Of a stretch of 64,000 nucleotides of DNA, positions 33,276 through 44,223 are shown piece by piece. The notes under the pieces are model-generated. The model was not told where the DNA came from. It did no database searches and saw only the letters and a list, made by a program, of their open reading frames with translations. Numbering within the stretch: the stretch's first letter is position 1; every line of letters begins with the position of its first letter. The DNA comes from an uncultured Hormoscilla sp. (GTDB taxonomy: Bacteria; Cyanobacteriota; Cyanobacteriia; Cyanobacteriales; Desertifilaceae): NCBI GenBank assembly GCA_963921275.4, contig OZ001293.3, positions 4,608,001 to 4,672,000 on the forward strand, read 5' to 3'. Made by a program: the position numbers and the translations under genes.

Positions 33276-33593
33276 CTAACTATTATCGCAGGATCCTGTT
33301 CCCTTGGAAGCTATCTGTACTCCCGATCGCGCGGATGACCGTTCGCCATCTGGGACTTGTTCTTTCTGGATAAAATTACCCAGGTAGAGTCTGACAAATT
33401 CATCCGTTGCTGCTGGGTTTATATGATAAAGCCCTTCAGCAATTTCAGCAACAGTTTCCGCTGTCGGGTCCCTAATTTCGTGTACCCATCGGTAAACGTT
33501 GCCACGTTCAATCTTCAGCATCACTGCTAACTTATTCTGGCTGAGACCGTAATTATTTAATACTTGTTTGAGCGCTTTACCTGCTTTTCCCAT
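33276..33593 (-). CDS. XRE-family HTH regulator
   Basis: LSQNKLAVMLKIERGNVYRWVHEIRDP. Confidence 0.85.
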   Translation of the reverse strand: MGKAGKALKQVLNNYGLSQNKLAVMLKIERGNVYRWVHEIRDPTAETVAEIAEGLYHINPAATDEFVRLYLGNFIQKEQVPDGERSSARSGVQIASKGTGSCDNS

Positions 33594-33715
33594 GCTTGTG
33601 CGATCAGATCGAAGAATCAGGAGTTATCTTTATGGTTTACGATTATAGCCTAGAAACCCGGTTTTTTATCAAAACCGGGTTTCTTGATGCTTGCATTGAG
33701 ATGGGACTGGCTAGA

Positions 33716-34987
33716 CTAGGACAATGCCCGATCGACTGCTGCCAGTGCCATGTCTACTTCGGACCCGGAGACGATCAGGGGTGGCACAAACCGGACCACC
33801 TTGGGACCAGCAGGAACCAGGAGCAAGCCTTCCGCCATCGCCCCCTTAACGACATCAGCAGATGTCAGTTCCATGTCAGCCGCAAGTTCCAGACCGTTAA
33901 TTAAACCCCAACCGCGCACCTCAGCGATCTTGTCGGGATATTTAGCGGCGATCGCCCTCAACCCCTGGCGCAGTTGTTCACCCCGTTCCCGGACATTTTG
34001 GAGAATCTGCTCATTTTCCAGAGTTTGGCAGACAGTCAAAGCCGCTGCACAAGCAAAGGGATTGCCCCCAAAGGTGCTAGCATGATTTCCGGGCTCAAAC
34101 AGATCGCAAAACTGCTTGCACATCAGGGCCCCAATGGGGATCCCGCCCCCTAAAGCCTTAGCAGAAGTAAAGATATCCGGTTCAATGCCGAGATTTTCAT
34201 AACCCCAAAGCTTGCCAGTCCGCCCCATGCCCACCTGGACTTCATCTAAGATCAGCAGAATGCCCTTTCGATCGCATAATTGCCGCAGGCGCACAAAGTA
34301 ATCCACATCCCCCGGACGCACCCCCCCTTCTCCTTGTAAGGGTTCTAGGAGTATTGCCGCTACCCGACGTTTGTTTGTATTTAGAGAGGCGATCGCCTCT
34401 GTTACTGCCTCAAAATCATTATAAGGCACGTAATGAAACCCAGGCATTAATGGGCTAAAATTCTTTTGGTACTTGGGTTGACCTGTAGCGGTAATCGTTG
34501 CCAGGGTGCGTCCGTGGAAGCTGGCATGAGCCGTCAAGATCACCGGTTCGTCAATATTTAACTTTATGTGGGCGTATTTCCGCGCCAGTTTGATCGCGCC
34601 TTCATTCGCCTCCGACCCAGAGTTACAGAAAAACACCTTGTCAGCACAAGAATGAGACACTAGCCACTTCGCCAGTTCCCCCTGCACCGGAATATAATAA
34701 AGATTAGAAACATGATGCAGGGTCTGGATTTGACGGGTCACCGTTTCCACCAGTGCTGGGTGAGCGTGTCCGAGGGCGCAAGTAGCAATGCCTGCTACAA
34801 AGTCCAGATATTCGCGTCCTTCCGTATCCCAAACGCGGCATTTTTCACCCCGTGTCAGGGCGATCGGAAAGCGCCCGTAGGTGGACATCAGATAATTATC
34901 AAACTCTGCTTCATTGAAAGCGCTTGACTGGACCGGAGTTGACTCTGTAGTAATGGGCGGGTTTAACGTAGCGGTCATCTGACTCAC
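33716..34987 (-). CDS. argD: acetylornithine aminotransferase
   Basis: YLDFVAGIA, NSGSEANEGA, FHGRT, EPLQGEGG, DEVQVGMGRTG, AKALGGG. Confidence 0.93.
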   Translation of the reverse strand: MSQMTATLNPPITTESTPVQSSAFNEAEFDNYLMSTYGRFPIALTRGEKCRVWDTEGREYLDFVAGIATCALGHAHPALVETVTRQIQTLHHVSNLYYIPVQGELAKWLVSHSCADKVFFCNSGSEANEGAIKLARKYAHIKLNIDEPVILTAHASFHGRTLATITATGQPKYQKNFSPLMPGFHYVPYNDFEAVTEAIASLNTNKRRVAAILLEPLQGEGGVRPGDVDYFVRLRQLCDRKGILLILDEVQVGMGRTGKLWGYENLGIEPDIFTSAKALGGGIPIGALMCKQFCDLFEPGNHASTFGGNPFACAAALTVCQTLENEQILQNVRERGEQLRQGLRAIAAKYPDKIAEVRGWGLINGLELAADMELTSADVVKGAMAEGLLLVPAGPKVVRFVPPLIVSGSEVDMALAAVDRALS

Positions 34988-35244
34988 TGGCTTATCCTTT
35001 TGCTTAACGGCTTACAGAAAACATTTTAGGTCAGCAGATCGCGTAGCGTGCGCGCAGCGCAATCGCCTGGCGACTGAGCCTGAGTTTACAATTATCCTCA
35101 AAATCTTGTCAAGTAGATTTTATGTCAGTAGATCGTAACAATTTCCCAGGCAGTGTGGATCTTCAACAATACTGTTGCATTACTCGATTTGCCTCGTTCC
35201 CTGGCTCCCGCCTGGGAACGTCTATTTACAATTGGTGACTAGCA

Positions 35245-36273
35245 TTGTACTCGACTTTCAAGCAGAAATATCGCCGCCTCCAAACCCAAATAATTGCTGG
35301 TGGCCTATCCCTAGCTGGGGTATTGGCGATCGGCACCTTATGGTATGCGCTGGTTGAGGGCTGGTCCTGGTCAGATGCGGCTTACATGACCGTAATTACC
35401 CTGGCGACAGTAGGTTATGGGGAAATCCATCCAATGGGCGATCGGGGGCGGTTGTTCACGATCGCCCTGATTTTTATGGGGGTGATCGGCATCGGTTACA
35501 TTGTCAATCGCTTGACAGAAGCTCTGATTGAGGGCTACTTTCAAGAAGACATCAAAAGGAGGCAGTTTCATCGCTTGCTAGATTCTCTGAACTCACATTA
35601 CATCCTCTGTGGATTTGGTCGCACCGGGCGGCAAATTGCCTTATAATTTGAGGCAGAAGGCATCTCTTTTGTAGTCATAGATTCGGATCCCGACTCCATC
35701 AAGGAGGCCCAGGATCTAAATTGTGTGGTGGTCCAGGGAGATGCCACTCTGGATGAAATTTTGCTGACCGCCAAGATCGAACAGGCGGTTTGTTTAGTCG
35801 CAGCTTTGCCCTCGGATGCCGAAAACCTGTATACTGTACTTTCTGCTAAGACACTCAATCCCCACATTCGGGCGATCGCCCGTGCTAGTTCTGAAGAAGC
35901 CATCCAAAAACTGCAACGGGGGGGCGCAGATGCCGTTGTCTCGCCCTATATTACCGGCGGACGGCGGATGGCGACCGCTGCCCTCAGACCCGAGGTGATG
36001 CATTTTGTCGATGGGATGATTACAGGTAAGAATCGCTCATTCTACATGGAAGAATTCCTGATTGACCCCCAAATCTGTCCCTTCGTCGGCCAATCCCTGA
36101 GAGAAACTAATTTGCGATCGCAAACCGGGGCTTTGGTTTTAGCCATTCGCCGCTATGACGGCACCCTGCTGGGCGGTCCTACGGGGGACACTCTCTTACA
36201 AGCTGGCGATTTATTGATCTGTATGGGCACCGCCGAGCAACTGCGACGCCTCCATCATATCCTCGGCTATTGA
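35245..36273 (+). pseudogene. TrkA-domain potassium channel with a nonsense codon
   Basis: TVGYG selectivity filter, CGFGRTG, RCK domains; in-frame TAA at 35644. Confidence 0.88.
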
Positions 36274-36501
36274 CGATCGTCTTCCCCTTTTATTTTACCA
36301 TTTACTAATTACTATCAAAACCGATTGTGACCGGGATCACTGCTAAAGATACCCCGGTTTTGACCCTTGCGCATGGCGTAGGGTCTGGACTAAATGGGAC
36401 AGGAGATCGACCTTAAAACTATTTATGTGCTACGATACAAGAGAGATATAAACCGCCAACAACTGTATGCTTGGCAGAGGTGATATAATATTTTCTCTCT
36501 C

Positions 36502-37240
36502 ATGTCAAGCTTCCATTTGCGGAATATCTTAGCTAGAGGCGATCTCATGGGAGCATGTCAACTTTATAAAGAAGAGCGATTTCGCAACCTGGTGGAAACT
36601 ACCAGTGATTGGGTGTGGGAAATTGATGAAAACGCCGTCTACACCTACGTCAGTCCTAAAGTGCGGGACATCTTGGGCTATGAACCGCCAGAAATGCTAG
36701 GGAAAACTCCCTTCAACTTCATGTCTTGGTCAGAAGCTGCTCGCGTCGCCAAGATTTTTGCCGAAATTGCCTTGTCCCAGTTGCCATTGAGCTGTCTGGA
36801 ACATAGCCAGCGCCATCAAAACGGTCGGGACGTTATCCTAGAAACTAGCGGCGTTCCCTTCTTTGACTTGAATGGCACCTTTCGCGGATATCGCGGCATC
36901 GCGAGGGACATCACCGAACGCAAACGGGCAGCAGCAGCTCTACAACAAGCTCATCAACGCTTAACTTTCCATGTAGAAAACTCTCCCCTGGCAGTGGTGG
37001 AATGGGACGAGATGTTTCGCATCCAGCGTTGGTCCGGTCAGGCAGAGAAAATCTTTGGTTGGAACGATCGAGAGGTCCTCGGCAAGCATTTTAGCGAGTG
37101 GCCGTTCGTCTACGACGCCGATCTGAAAGCCTTCACTCAGGTGATGGCGCGGTTAATAGATGGCAGTCAGCCCCGCAATATCAGTCGCAACCGCAACTTG
37201 ACTTCCACTGGTGCTGTGGTTCATTACGAGTGGTTTCAGT
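36502..37240 (+). pseudogene. PAS/PAC sensor protein fragment
   Basis: two PAS domains (DWVWE, GYRGIARDITERK); no output domain, and the ORF runs antisense into the GNAT gene. Confidence 0.75.
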
Positions 37241-37258
37241 TGACTGAAAATCAACAAT

Positions 37259-37750
37259 TCACGCAAATCGAGATAATTCTTCGTCAGTCAGACGGCAAAT
37301 TCGCCAGTCTGGGAGAATCTCGGCACCGAGATCGCGATAAAATGCGATCGCCGGTTTGTTCCAGTCTAACACTGCCCACTCCATCCGCCCGCAGTTGCGC
37401 TGAACTGCCAGTTTGGCCAGATAAGTAATCAGGGCTTTACCGATACCTTGACGCCGATATTCGGGCAACACAAATATATCCTCTAGATGAATTCCTGCTT
37501 GGGTTAAAAATGTGGAATAATTCTGAAAAAATAGGGCAAACCCAACAGCTTTTCTGTCCTCTACTTCAGCTAAGATAGCTTCCACTAAGGGTCGATCGCC
37601 TTCTAGATGTTCTTTCAAGGCATCTACGTTGCCCACAACTTGATGGGATAGATTTTCATACTCTGCTAACGCTTTAATCAGTTCAAACAGTATTGGCGCA
37701 TCATCTGGGGTAGCTGAACGCAAAATTAGGTTCTCGGTTTTTTCTGACAT
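37259..37750 (-). CDS. GNAT N-acetyltransferase (diamine acetyltransferase-like)
   Basis: NYSTF, LEDIFVLPEYRRQGIGK, RMEWAVLDWN-PAIAFY. Confidence 0.9.
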   Translation of the reverse strand: MSEKTENLILRSATPDDAPILFELIKALAEYENLSHQVVGNVDALKEHLEGDRPLVEAILAEVEDRKAVGFALFFQNYSTFLTQAGIHLEDIFVLPEYRRQGIGKALITYLAKLAVQRNCGRMEWAVLDWNKPAIAFYRDLGAEILPDWRICRLTDEELSRFA

Positions 37751-37787
37751 AAGATATTTTTGCAGTAATGTCGTCATCCGGTTCGCT

Positions 37788-38207
37788 TCAACTGCTGGGC
37801 TCAAACCAATTCTCGATCGCCAAGCCATCAAAATATTGAAAATCGCGAAGGTTATTGGTCATCAGAATTAATTCTCTTGTGGCAGCGATCGTGGCAATTT
37901 GTCCGGCAGCAAACGCAGGCATTAGCTCGATCTGGCTTAACCGCGATCGTTCGCTCGCGTGCCAAGTAGCAACTCGTTCGTCATAGGGTTAAATTGGCAT
38001 CGTCGCGCGAATATAGTCGAGTTGAGCAAAAACGGCGCGGCGCTTTCGGGACTCAGGTAAGCGTAGCGCACCGTAGAGAATTTCATGCAGTGAAACACTT
38101 GCCAGGACCAAATCGTCGGCGAATCGATCGATATTTGCACGAACGAAAGGATTAGGCACTCGACGAGTTAATTCAGATAGAACGTTCGTATCTAGTAAAA
38201 AGCGCAT
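37788..38207 (-). pseudogene. vapC: VapC PIN toxin with a single nonsense codon
   Basis: MRFLLDTNVLSE; TAA at 37989; same frame continues to ...TNNLRDF...IENW. Confidence 0.85.
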
Positions 38208-38452
38208 CAGTTATCCCAGCTAAAATCACGACCTCCATCAGGGGAACGATCGCGAACGTCTCCCCAAATCTCATCCGGATCGATATCCAGTTCTTCGACC
38301 CCATATTCTTCACGCCACTTCAGCATGGCCTCCCAGAAATTCCCCGGTTTCTGCTGCGGGAGCACCTCAACTGTCACCTTTTCACCGTCGGCAATATCCA
38401 GATCCCAGAGCAACTCGATCGTGCGTCCCCGTTTGATACCTTGAATCACCAT
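38207..38452 (-). CDS. putative antitoxin
   Basis: small acidic ORF (GIKRGRTIEL...VRDRSPDGGR) coupled to vapC. Confidence 0.75.
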   Translation of the reverse strand: MVIQGIKRGRTIELLWDLDIADGEKVTVEVLPQQKPGNFWEAMLKWREEYGVEELDIDPDEIWGDVRDRSPDGGRDFSWDN

Positions 38453-38725
38453 AGGCTAATAACAATGAACATCTTGCTCCATCTTAACACAGAGGTTGCC
38501 TTTTCTCGGGAAGACGCGATCTCCATTGGCCCATCCCCTACCGCAGCCAATTTTTCAAGTTTTGTTATCCTAACGCAAGGCAGTCGGGGACCAGACAAGA
38601 AACCCGGTTTCTGGAGATCTTTTTGGCGAATTAACCAAATTTGGTAAAAGAAACCCGGTTTCACCGCCCCCGCGCACCAGAAAAGAAACCTGGTTTGGGG
38701 CGATCGGGCGAATCAACCAGATTTT

Positions 38726-39427
38726 TTAGAGCGCATCATCGGAGAGCTTTTCAAGTTTATCTAACCACTCAGAAAAGTGGTGGCACTTTTTTTTAAGAAA
38801 ATCAATGCCATTTATTCCCGCAATACTCGCTCCAACATTCACTTTGTCATATTCATGGATAACCTTTAATATTCTTTTTGACGGGGCTGTTGTAGGATTA
38901 TCGTTAATCAGCTCGGTATTTCCCCCAACCTCATCTAAAACATTTTGCAAGCGTCCTTTAATTGCCTCTTTATGTTCAAAATATTCGGCTTCCAGATTTG
39001 CCGGGTTTGCCAGAACCAGAGCTTCAAATTCATGCAGTTGAATATATGGTATAAACCGCTCATTCTCTATATTCTTCTTAAATGCTTCTTCCAAAACTCT
39101 AATTCGTTCATAAGGATCGCGGATCGCTTTTGACTCTTCATAAGCAGGAAAATCATCTGGTAGAGCATAAAGGTCGAACATAGTTGTAAAATATGATTCT
39201 GGATGTTTATCTTCCTTCAACCAAGTTTCAATATCTTTTTTAGCTTTTTCATAATTGACGAGCCCGCCACGATTATATTGATTTTATCGTCGATCCTTAC
39301 CGGTCACAACTCTTCTAATATCAGTCGTGATTTGAAACAACCCAAGATGCATTGCCAAGGTATCTTTAACAAATCTTTCCTCTGTCTGACCTTCACCTGT
39401 GATATGTAATCTAATCAACCTTTTCAC
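38726..39427 (-). pseudogene. DUF4276 (TOPRIM-like) protein, frameshifted
   Basis: EGQTEERFV, TTMFDLYALP, PYIQLHEFEA, TAPSKRI; frame break near 39285. Confidence 0.82.
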
Positions 39428-40563
39428 GGTTGTCCTCCGATGACGTTTTTCTCCCAGAGTTCACTCAGGCTGTATCGTTCGAGCCACTCAGTTAACTTTT
39501 GTGAATCTAAGGATTTAAATTCACTGCAACTATTATTGCCATTTCTTTCCACAATGAGGATATTTTCTGGCTCGAACTCATCGACTAATCGAGGAGACTG
39601 GGTTGCCATAACGATTTGGCAATTTATACTCGCAGTTCTTGCCATTCCAGCAAGTACAGCAATTGCTGAAGGATGTAATCCTAACTCTGGCTCATCGAGA
39701 ACAATTACCGCCGGTAATGTTTCTGGGGGTTGCAGAAGTAAGGTAGCAATTGCCATGAAGCGCAAGCAGCCGTCGGAAATCTGATGGGGGCCAAATAGGT
39801 AATCGGCCCCTTTCTCTTGCCAGTTTAGCATAATGTAGTTTTCGTTAAGGCGGGAAGGTTTTAATTCAAAATCTCCAAATTGAGGCATTATCTGTTGAAT
39901 ATATCTAACTATTCGTTGATAATATTTCTCAGTTTCATCCCTGTTTTGCATGGCATAGAGAAATGCTGCTAAATTACCAGCATTACTTCTCAGAAATCTA
40001 TTATCGTCGATATATCCTTTATTTCTGATCTTTGCTTCTCTTGATGTATCGTGAAATTGAAAAACCTGGCAGCTCCTTAAAAGCTCAAATACAACTCGCT
40101 CTGTTTTGTTGTTACGATCTTTGGCTCTCTCTGGCAATCCCGACTCCTTCCGACCGGGCTCGAATGTAAATGTATATGGATTTTCTCTATCTTGCTGCTG
40201 ATAACTAATTGTTTCTTCAGTAAAGATGACTGTATCCCCTGCTGCATGAGACAAAGAAAATTTATAAATGTCTTTAGCTTCCGGATTGGTAAATTCCATT
40301 TCCGCGCTAACACGATTAGTTTTCTTGGCACCATAATATAAAAGCGTTTCCGCTCCACCATTTTCCCCAATATAGATTTGGAGAGCCTCAGTCATCATAT
40401 AGTTAAGCATGCTAAAAAATGACACCAAGTTACTCTTTCCCGACCCATTTGCCCCCAGTAACACAGTAATATCCTTAAAATCTATAGTCTGCCCTTCTGG
40501 ATCTATAGATTTGAAACCCTTAACTTTAATATAGCTCAGTTTAAGTCGCTTTTCTTGATTCAT
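39424..40563 (-). CDS. AAA_21 ATPase paired with DUF4276
   Basis: KGFKSI, GANGSGKSN, ISDG, DEPELGLHP, TQSP, LWEKNVIGGQP. Confidence 0.9.
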   Translation of the reverse strand: MNQEKRLKLSYIKVKGFKSIDPEGQTIDFKDITVLLGANGSGKSNLVSFFSMLNYMMTEALQIYIGENGGAETLLYYGAKKTNRVSAEMEFTNPEAKDIYKFSLSHAAGDTVIFTEETISYQQQDRENPYTFTFEPGRKESGLPERAKDRNNKTERVVFELLRSCQVFQFHDTSREAKIRNKGYIDDNRFLRSNAGNLAAFLYAMQNRDETEKYYQRIVRYIQQIMPQFGDFELKPSRLNENYIMLNWQEKGADYLFGPHQISDGCLRFMAIATLLLQPPETLPAVIVLDEPELGLHPSAIAVLAGMARTASINCQIVMATQSPRLVDEFEPENILIVERNGNNSCSEFKSLDSQKLTEWLERYSLSELWEKNVIGGQP

Positions 40564-40949
40564 AATTTTTCTGTTTTGAGAGTTTCCGATCCAATTTACT
40601 TTCTTCAGTATGGCCGCGATCGCCCGTCGTGCCATGGGGAAGCGATCGCCTGTGTCTCGGTAAGCTTTGAAGTTTCGGTGTCAATTACCCAGTCTTTTGT
40701 TATCCTAACCCATTGGAGAGCCCCCTGTCAAGTGTTGCTCAAAAATTTTTTCCTAATTTAAGCTTTCGATGTAGGAGGCAAGTTGCCTTTGTAGTTTTGA
40801 GGGAGGCACCCATATTTTAGCTCGTGCCAGGTGGCCGCCGCGATCGCACTTCCCATTCGATGTTCTTGCAGGCGAGTACGTCGGCATACGGCTTGCGCCG
40901 CGCTGCGCGCAAGCTACGCGAACGGAAATTGACGACTAGGTTCTGACAG

Positions 40950-41010
40950 AATGTTAGTATCTAGTAAAAAGCGCATCAGTCATCCCAGCTAAACTCACGG
41001 CCCCCGCCTG
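40950..41010 (-). pseudogene. remnant of an antitoxin-vapC junction
   Basis: GTATCTAGTAAAAAGCGCATCAGT-ATCCCAGCTAAA matches 38188-38224. Confidence 0.7.
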
Positions 41011-41249
41011 GAGGCCGACCCAAGGGAGATCCTGCAGCTGTAGCCATGTGGCGATCGCCATCAACAGGAGCAAGTCACTTTTGTATTAGTACAGTTTTCT
41101 GTTGGCGCGGGGGAGCATATATGCTAACATTAGCTTCCGAGCCTCGTTAAGAGCCTGGTAACGCCATTCATCATTCGCTATTCACCATTCGCCATGCACC
41201 AATAGCCTACCGCAGCCAGTTTTTCCAGCCTTGGGCCACTTGAGGGCTA

Positions 41250-41359
41250 CGGAGTTTACGCATAGCTCTGGTTTGCGTCTGACGAACGCTCTCCCGGGAC
41301 AGGTTTAACAGGGAAGCTACTTCTTCTAAAGTGTGTTATCTTTGTGCAGTAAACTCCCG
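41250..41359. mobile_element. ~110-bp MITE-like element
   Basis: IR GGAGTTTAC...GTAAACTCC; right end reads CTCCCGATCGC, as in the 19829 element. Confidence 0.5.
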
Positions 41360-41801
41360 ATCGCTTTTGACTTTGACTTCCTCTCTCGAACAGCAACATA
41401 TTTTTCTTCTGGCAGCGAACTGCCGACTAAGTCTGCTTTAGCTTCCGCATCTATCTTTTTGATATCCGATCGCTACTTTTTTCTAGTGATTACAGCTACT
41501 TATGCTAACTATTTCTTCTCCTTATCTGGACCCCTTAAACTGAGCTATTTTTTAGTCGATGCTACCTTTGGTAGTTGTCAGTTGAGATCGAAAGTATTAG
41601 ATGATACAAGTATTAGGTGTTAGCCAGGAAGAAAAAGTGGGTGCAAAACAATCAAAGCATTTTCCGATCGTTCCGGCGTTGCACATTTTGGGGATGATGG
41701 TGGCTCTCTGGTTAGTCAGTTGTCAGTTGTTAGTTGTCAGTTATCATTTGTAACAAGTCATTAGAACTGATACCTGGTCGCTAGAAGCTCCCTGGGAGTG
41801 G

Positions 41802-42290
41802 TCACAAATCATCCCGTCGTTGTGCAACGCCGACCTCCCATCCGGGAATGCGCAAATGTTCGTCCAACACTGGCAATCCATTGATGATTTTGGGAGGAGA
41901 GGCGGCAAAAATATCTGAGATTAGGGGGTTTTGAGTCGCGTCAAACTTAGTTCCCGTCGCCAACCAAATCCGTTGCACTGACAAGACCGAGCCATCATTA
42001 CAACGCACCTGCCATTCTTCCTTGTCCCAATTGGCTTCTGTAACTTCACAGAATTCCTGGAGAATCACTCGTCTCTCTCAGACTAATCTGCGGAGCTTCA
42101 AGACCACTTTTGGAGTCATGGATCCACCATTTCGCGCCTGCTGAATCAACTGCCAACGAGATTGCCAGTCTGACTCTGCCTGAAAAGCCTTGAGATATTT
42201 TGCCCCCAACCAACCGGGCTCGGTATCGAATAATTTTTCCACGAGACATCGTACTTGCACTACCCACGAGACATCGCCTGATGATACGGG
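41802..42290 (-). pseudogene. fragments of an FAD/NAD(P)-binding oxidoreductase (lysine N6-hydroxylase-like)
   Basis: FDTEPGWLGAK, ARNGGSMTP, IWLATGT, GLPVLDEHLR. Confidence 0.7.
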
Positions 42291-42331
42291 AAACGGTTTT
42301 GGGAGTCGATGACTCCACCCTAGGCAATCTA

Positions 42332-42535
42332 TCAGTCTCGGTTCTTCTCTGTCAGTCCCAGACCAGCTACTTCCATCAACAGGGCCACGCCAGCAAATCC
42401 CGGCGGTAGGCTATCTAATGCCAATATACCGGCGAACGCGCAGCCACCGCCCCCAATAAACAAAACTGCTCCTGCGATCGCCAACATTAGTCCCACTTTT
42501 GCTTGTACGTCTCGGTCCACCGTCGATTCCTCCAT
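42332..42535 (-). CDS. small hypothetical membrane protein
   Basis: two hydrophobic segments. Confidence 0.35.
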   Translation of the reverse strand: MEESTVDRDVQAKVGLMLAIAGAVLFIGGGGCAFAGILALDSLPPGFAGVALLMEVAGLGLTEKNRD

Positions 42536-43159
42536 CTAGCTAACTTTGGGTCGGTATCCCCTCTTTTGTGCGACTAGAGCTCCCAGGGGATACCGAATGT
42601 TAAGCAATATAACGTCTTTTTAAGTTTTTGTCACATATTTTCAGAGAAACGCTAAAAATTTGCACCTATTAGAGAATAGTTGATTTCTGCTCGCTGCGGC
42701 TGAACCTCTCTGTGATGTCTCCGTATCGGTGCTCTACGTAGTGCTTCTAGCGCGCGCAGAGCACATCGGAGTAGTGCGATTACGATGTCCCCGGGGACAT
42801 CGAGCTCTCCGGAGAGATGGATTCAAACCTCTTTGGTCGCTTCCAGATAGGACTCGATCTTAAAAAAATATGCTCATGGCGAGTCATCTAACTGGATGAG
42901 TATAGTTAATCAGACCTGGCGGTTTGTCTTAAAGTTTCTTAAGGTTAATTGCGGTTTTCCGAGGAATTGATAAGAAATTCCACTAAGCCTGCCAGTGCTG
43001 AGGCGATCGCACCGGTTCATGGGTGGGAGATGTAATCGATGGTTGGTGGGAGTAGCTAGCACGATTGTAATAAATGTTGCTAGCGTAATTGTAGGGTGGG
43101 CACCGCCCACCAGGACGATCGCTTGACTGACTGGAAAAAAAGTTATAATAAAAAAATCT

Positions 43160-43679
43160 GAACAGAGGAGACGAGGGTCTGAATAATTCATATTTTGAGG
43201 GCGACTGGCCCACAGAAACTATTAACATAGGCGTGAATGCCAAGGGTTGGGAGATTTATGTCACTTCCCCCGTTGATATCAATGAGGCAATTGAAAATGC
43301 TACGGCGTCGCCGGATTCCGATAAGCAGTTAGAAGCAACAGTTGCCAGATATGTACAACAAGAGTGATTTACAGTGATAAAGTTTAACACCTTGTTTTAC
43401 AGTATCAATCCTAATACAGGTGGTCAAAATTATATTGGCGAGATTGATATAGAAGTAGCAGAGGCGATTATTGAGGTGACAAATCAGCCCAGAAAAAAGG
43501 CAGGCCAAATTGGAAAATTGATAACTAACCCTAATATGAGCCCAACGGGTAAGCAGGTTATACTATATGCACCAAACTTCACCTTGGGTGCCGGGGAGGC
43601 AGTTATCAGAGTCGGCGAAGTTATGGTGCGAACTCAATTAGAGTTGAATCGCGAACTACATCAAATCAGGAGTAATTAA
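43160..43679 (+). pseudogene. putative restriction-endonuclease-fold toxin tip
   Basis: GEIDIEV...IIEVT...KAGQIGKL; the frame extends upstream past a TGA at 43365. Confidence 0.5.
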
Positions 43680-44147
43680 ATGCTTAAAACAATTGTTTTA
43701 GTTTCCAGTGTCACCATTGTTAAATCTGAATTTATGCAATTTATCCAAACTCTCGACAACTACAGTGAAGACCCAGATAAGATATATGATGGACAGCTAG
43801 ACAATAATAATGGGTATTTCTGGGTAAGGTATGACCCAGAAGAAGAGTTGTCAGGTTCGGAACTAGAAGCGAAAATAAAAAACATTATCTCGAAACTGGA
43901 AAGTTCGCCCCAGACAGAAATTCTCCTGGATATCGGGAAAAATGTCCAAAGTGAGATGTTGGCAGCGGAATTTGTCAAGCATTTTGACAAGATATGGCCC
44001 TGTGTGGTGGATACTTTATCGACTGTATACTCTGTGCCAGAGTTTCTGGAATTATACTCGCCCCAAAAGAGTAGGACAAGCCGATCGCGCTGCGCGATCG
44101 GCCGTCCCGTAACACCTCGAAGGGCAAGGACAAACCTTAAGAAATAG
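43680..44147 (+). CDS. hypothetical protein, candidate immunity protein
   Basis: acidic ORF beginning immediately after the toxin-like ORF stop. Confidence 0.5.
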   Translation: MLKTIVLVSSVTIVKSEFMQFIQTLDNYSEDPDKIYDGQLDNNNGYFWVRYDPEEELSGSELEAKIKNIISKLESSPQTEILLDIGKNVQSEMLAAEFVKHFDKIWPCVVDTLSTVYSVPEFLELYSPQKSRTSRSRCAIGRPVTPRRARTNLKK

Positions 44148-44223
44148 TAGAAATCCGACAAAAAACTAAAGCTACAAAATAATCACTCTGGGATCTGATA
44201 CCCTACAAAAGCTGCTTAGCTAG

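Noticed and set aside
33652..33684. Dedicated terminator or novel element (AGAAACCCGGTTT...AAACCGGGTTTCT)
   Set aside because: It is a common dispersed palindrome of filamentous cyanobacteria and also occurs at ~38598-38696.
12647..37991. Stop-codon recoding explaining the in-frame TAA stops (hsdS2, hsdR, K+ channel, vapC)
   Set aside because: TAA ends intact genes such as dapB, and frameshifts and deletions are equally common, so decay is the simpler explanation.
41250..41359. OMEGA/HEARO-like RNA
   Set aside because: There is no iscB/tnpB nearby, and terminal inverted repeats fit a MITE better.
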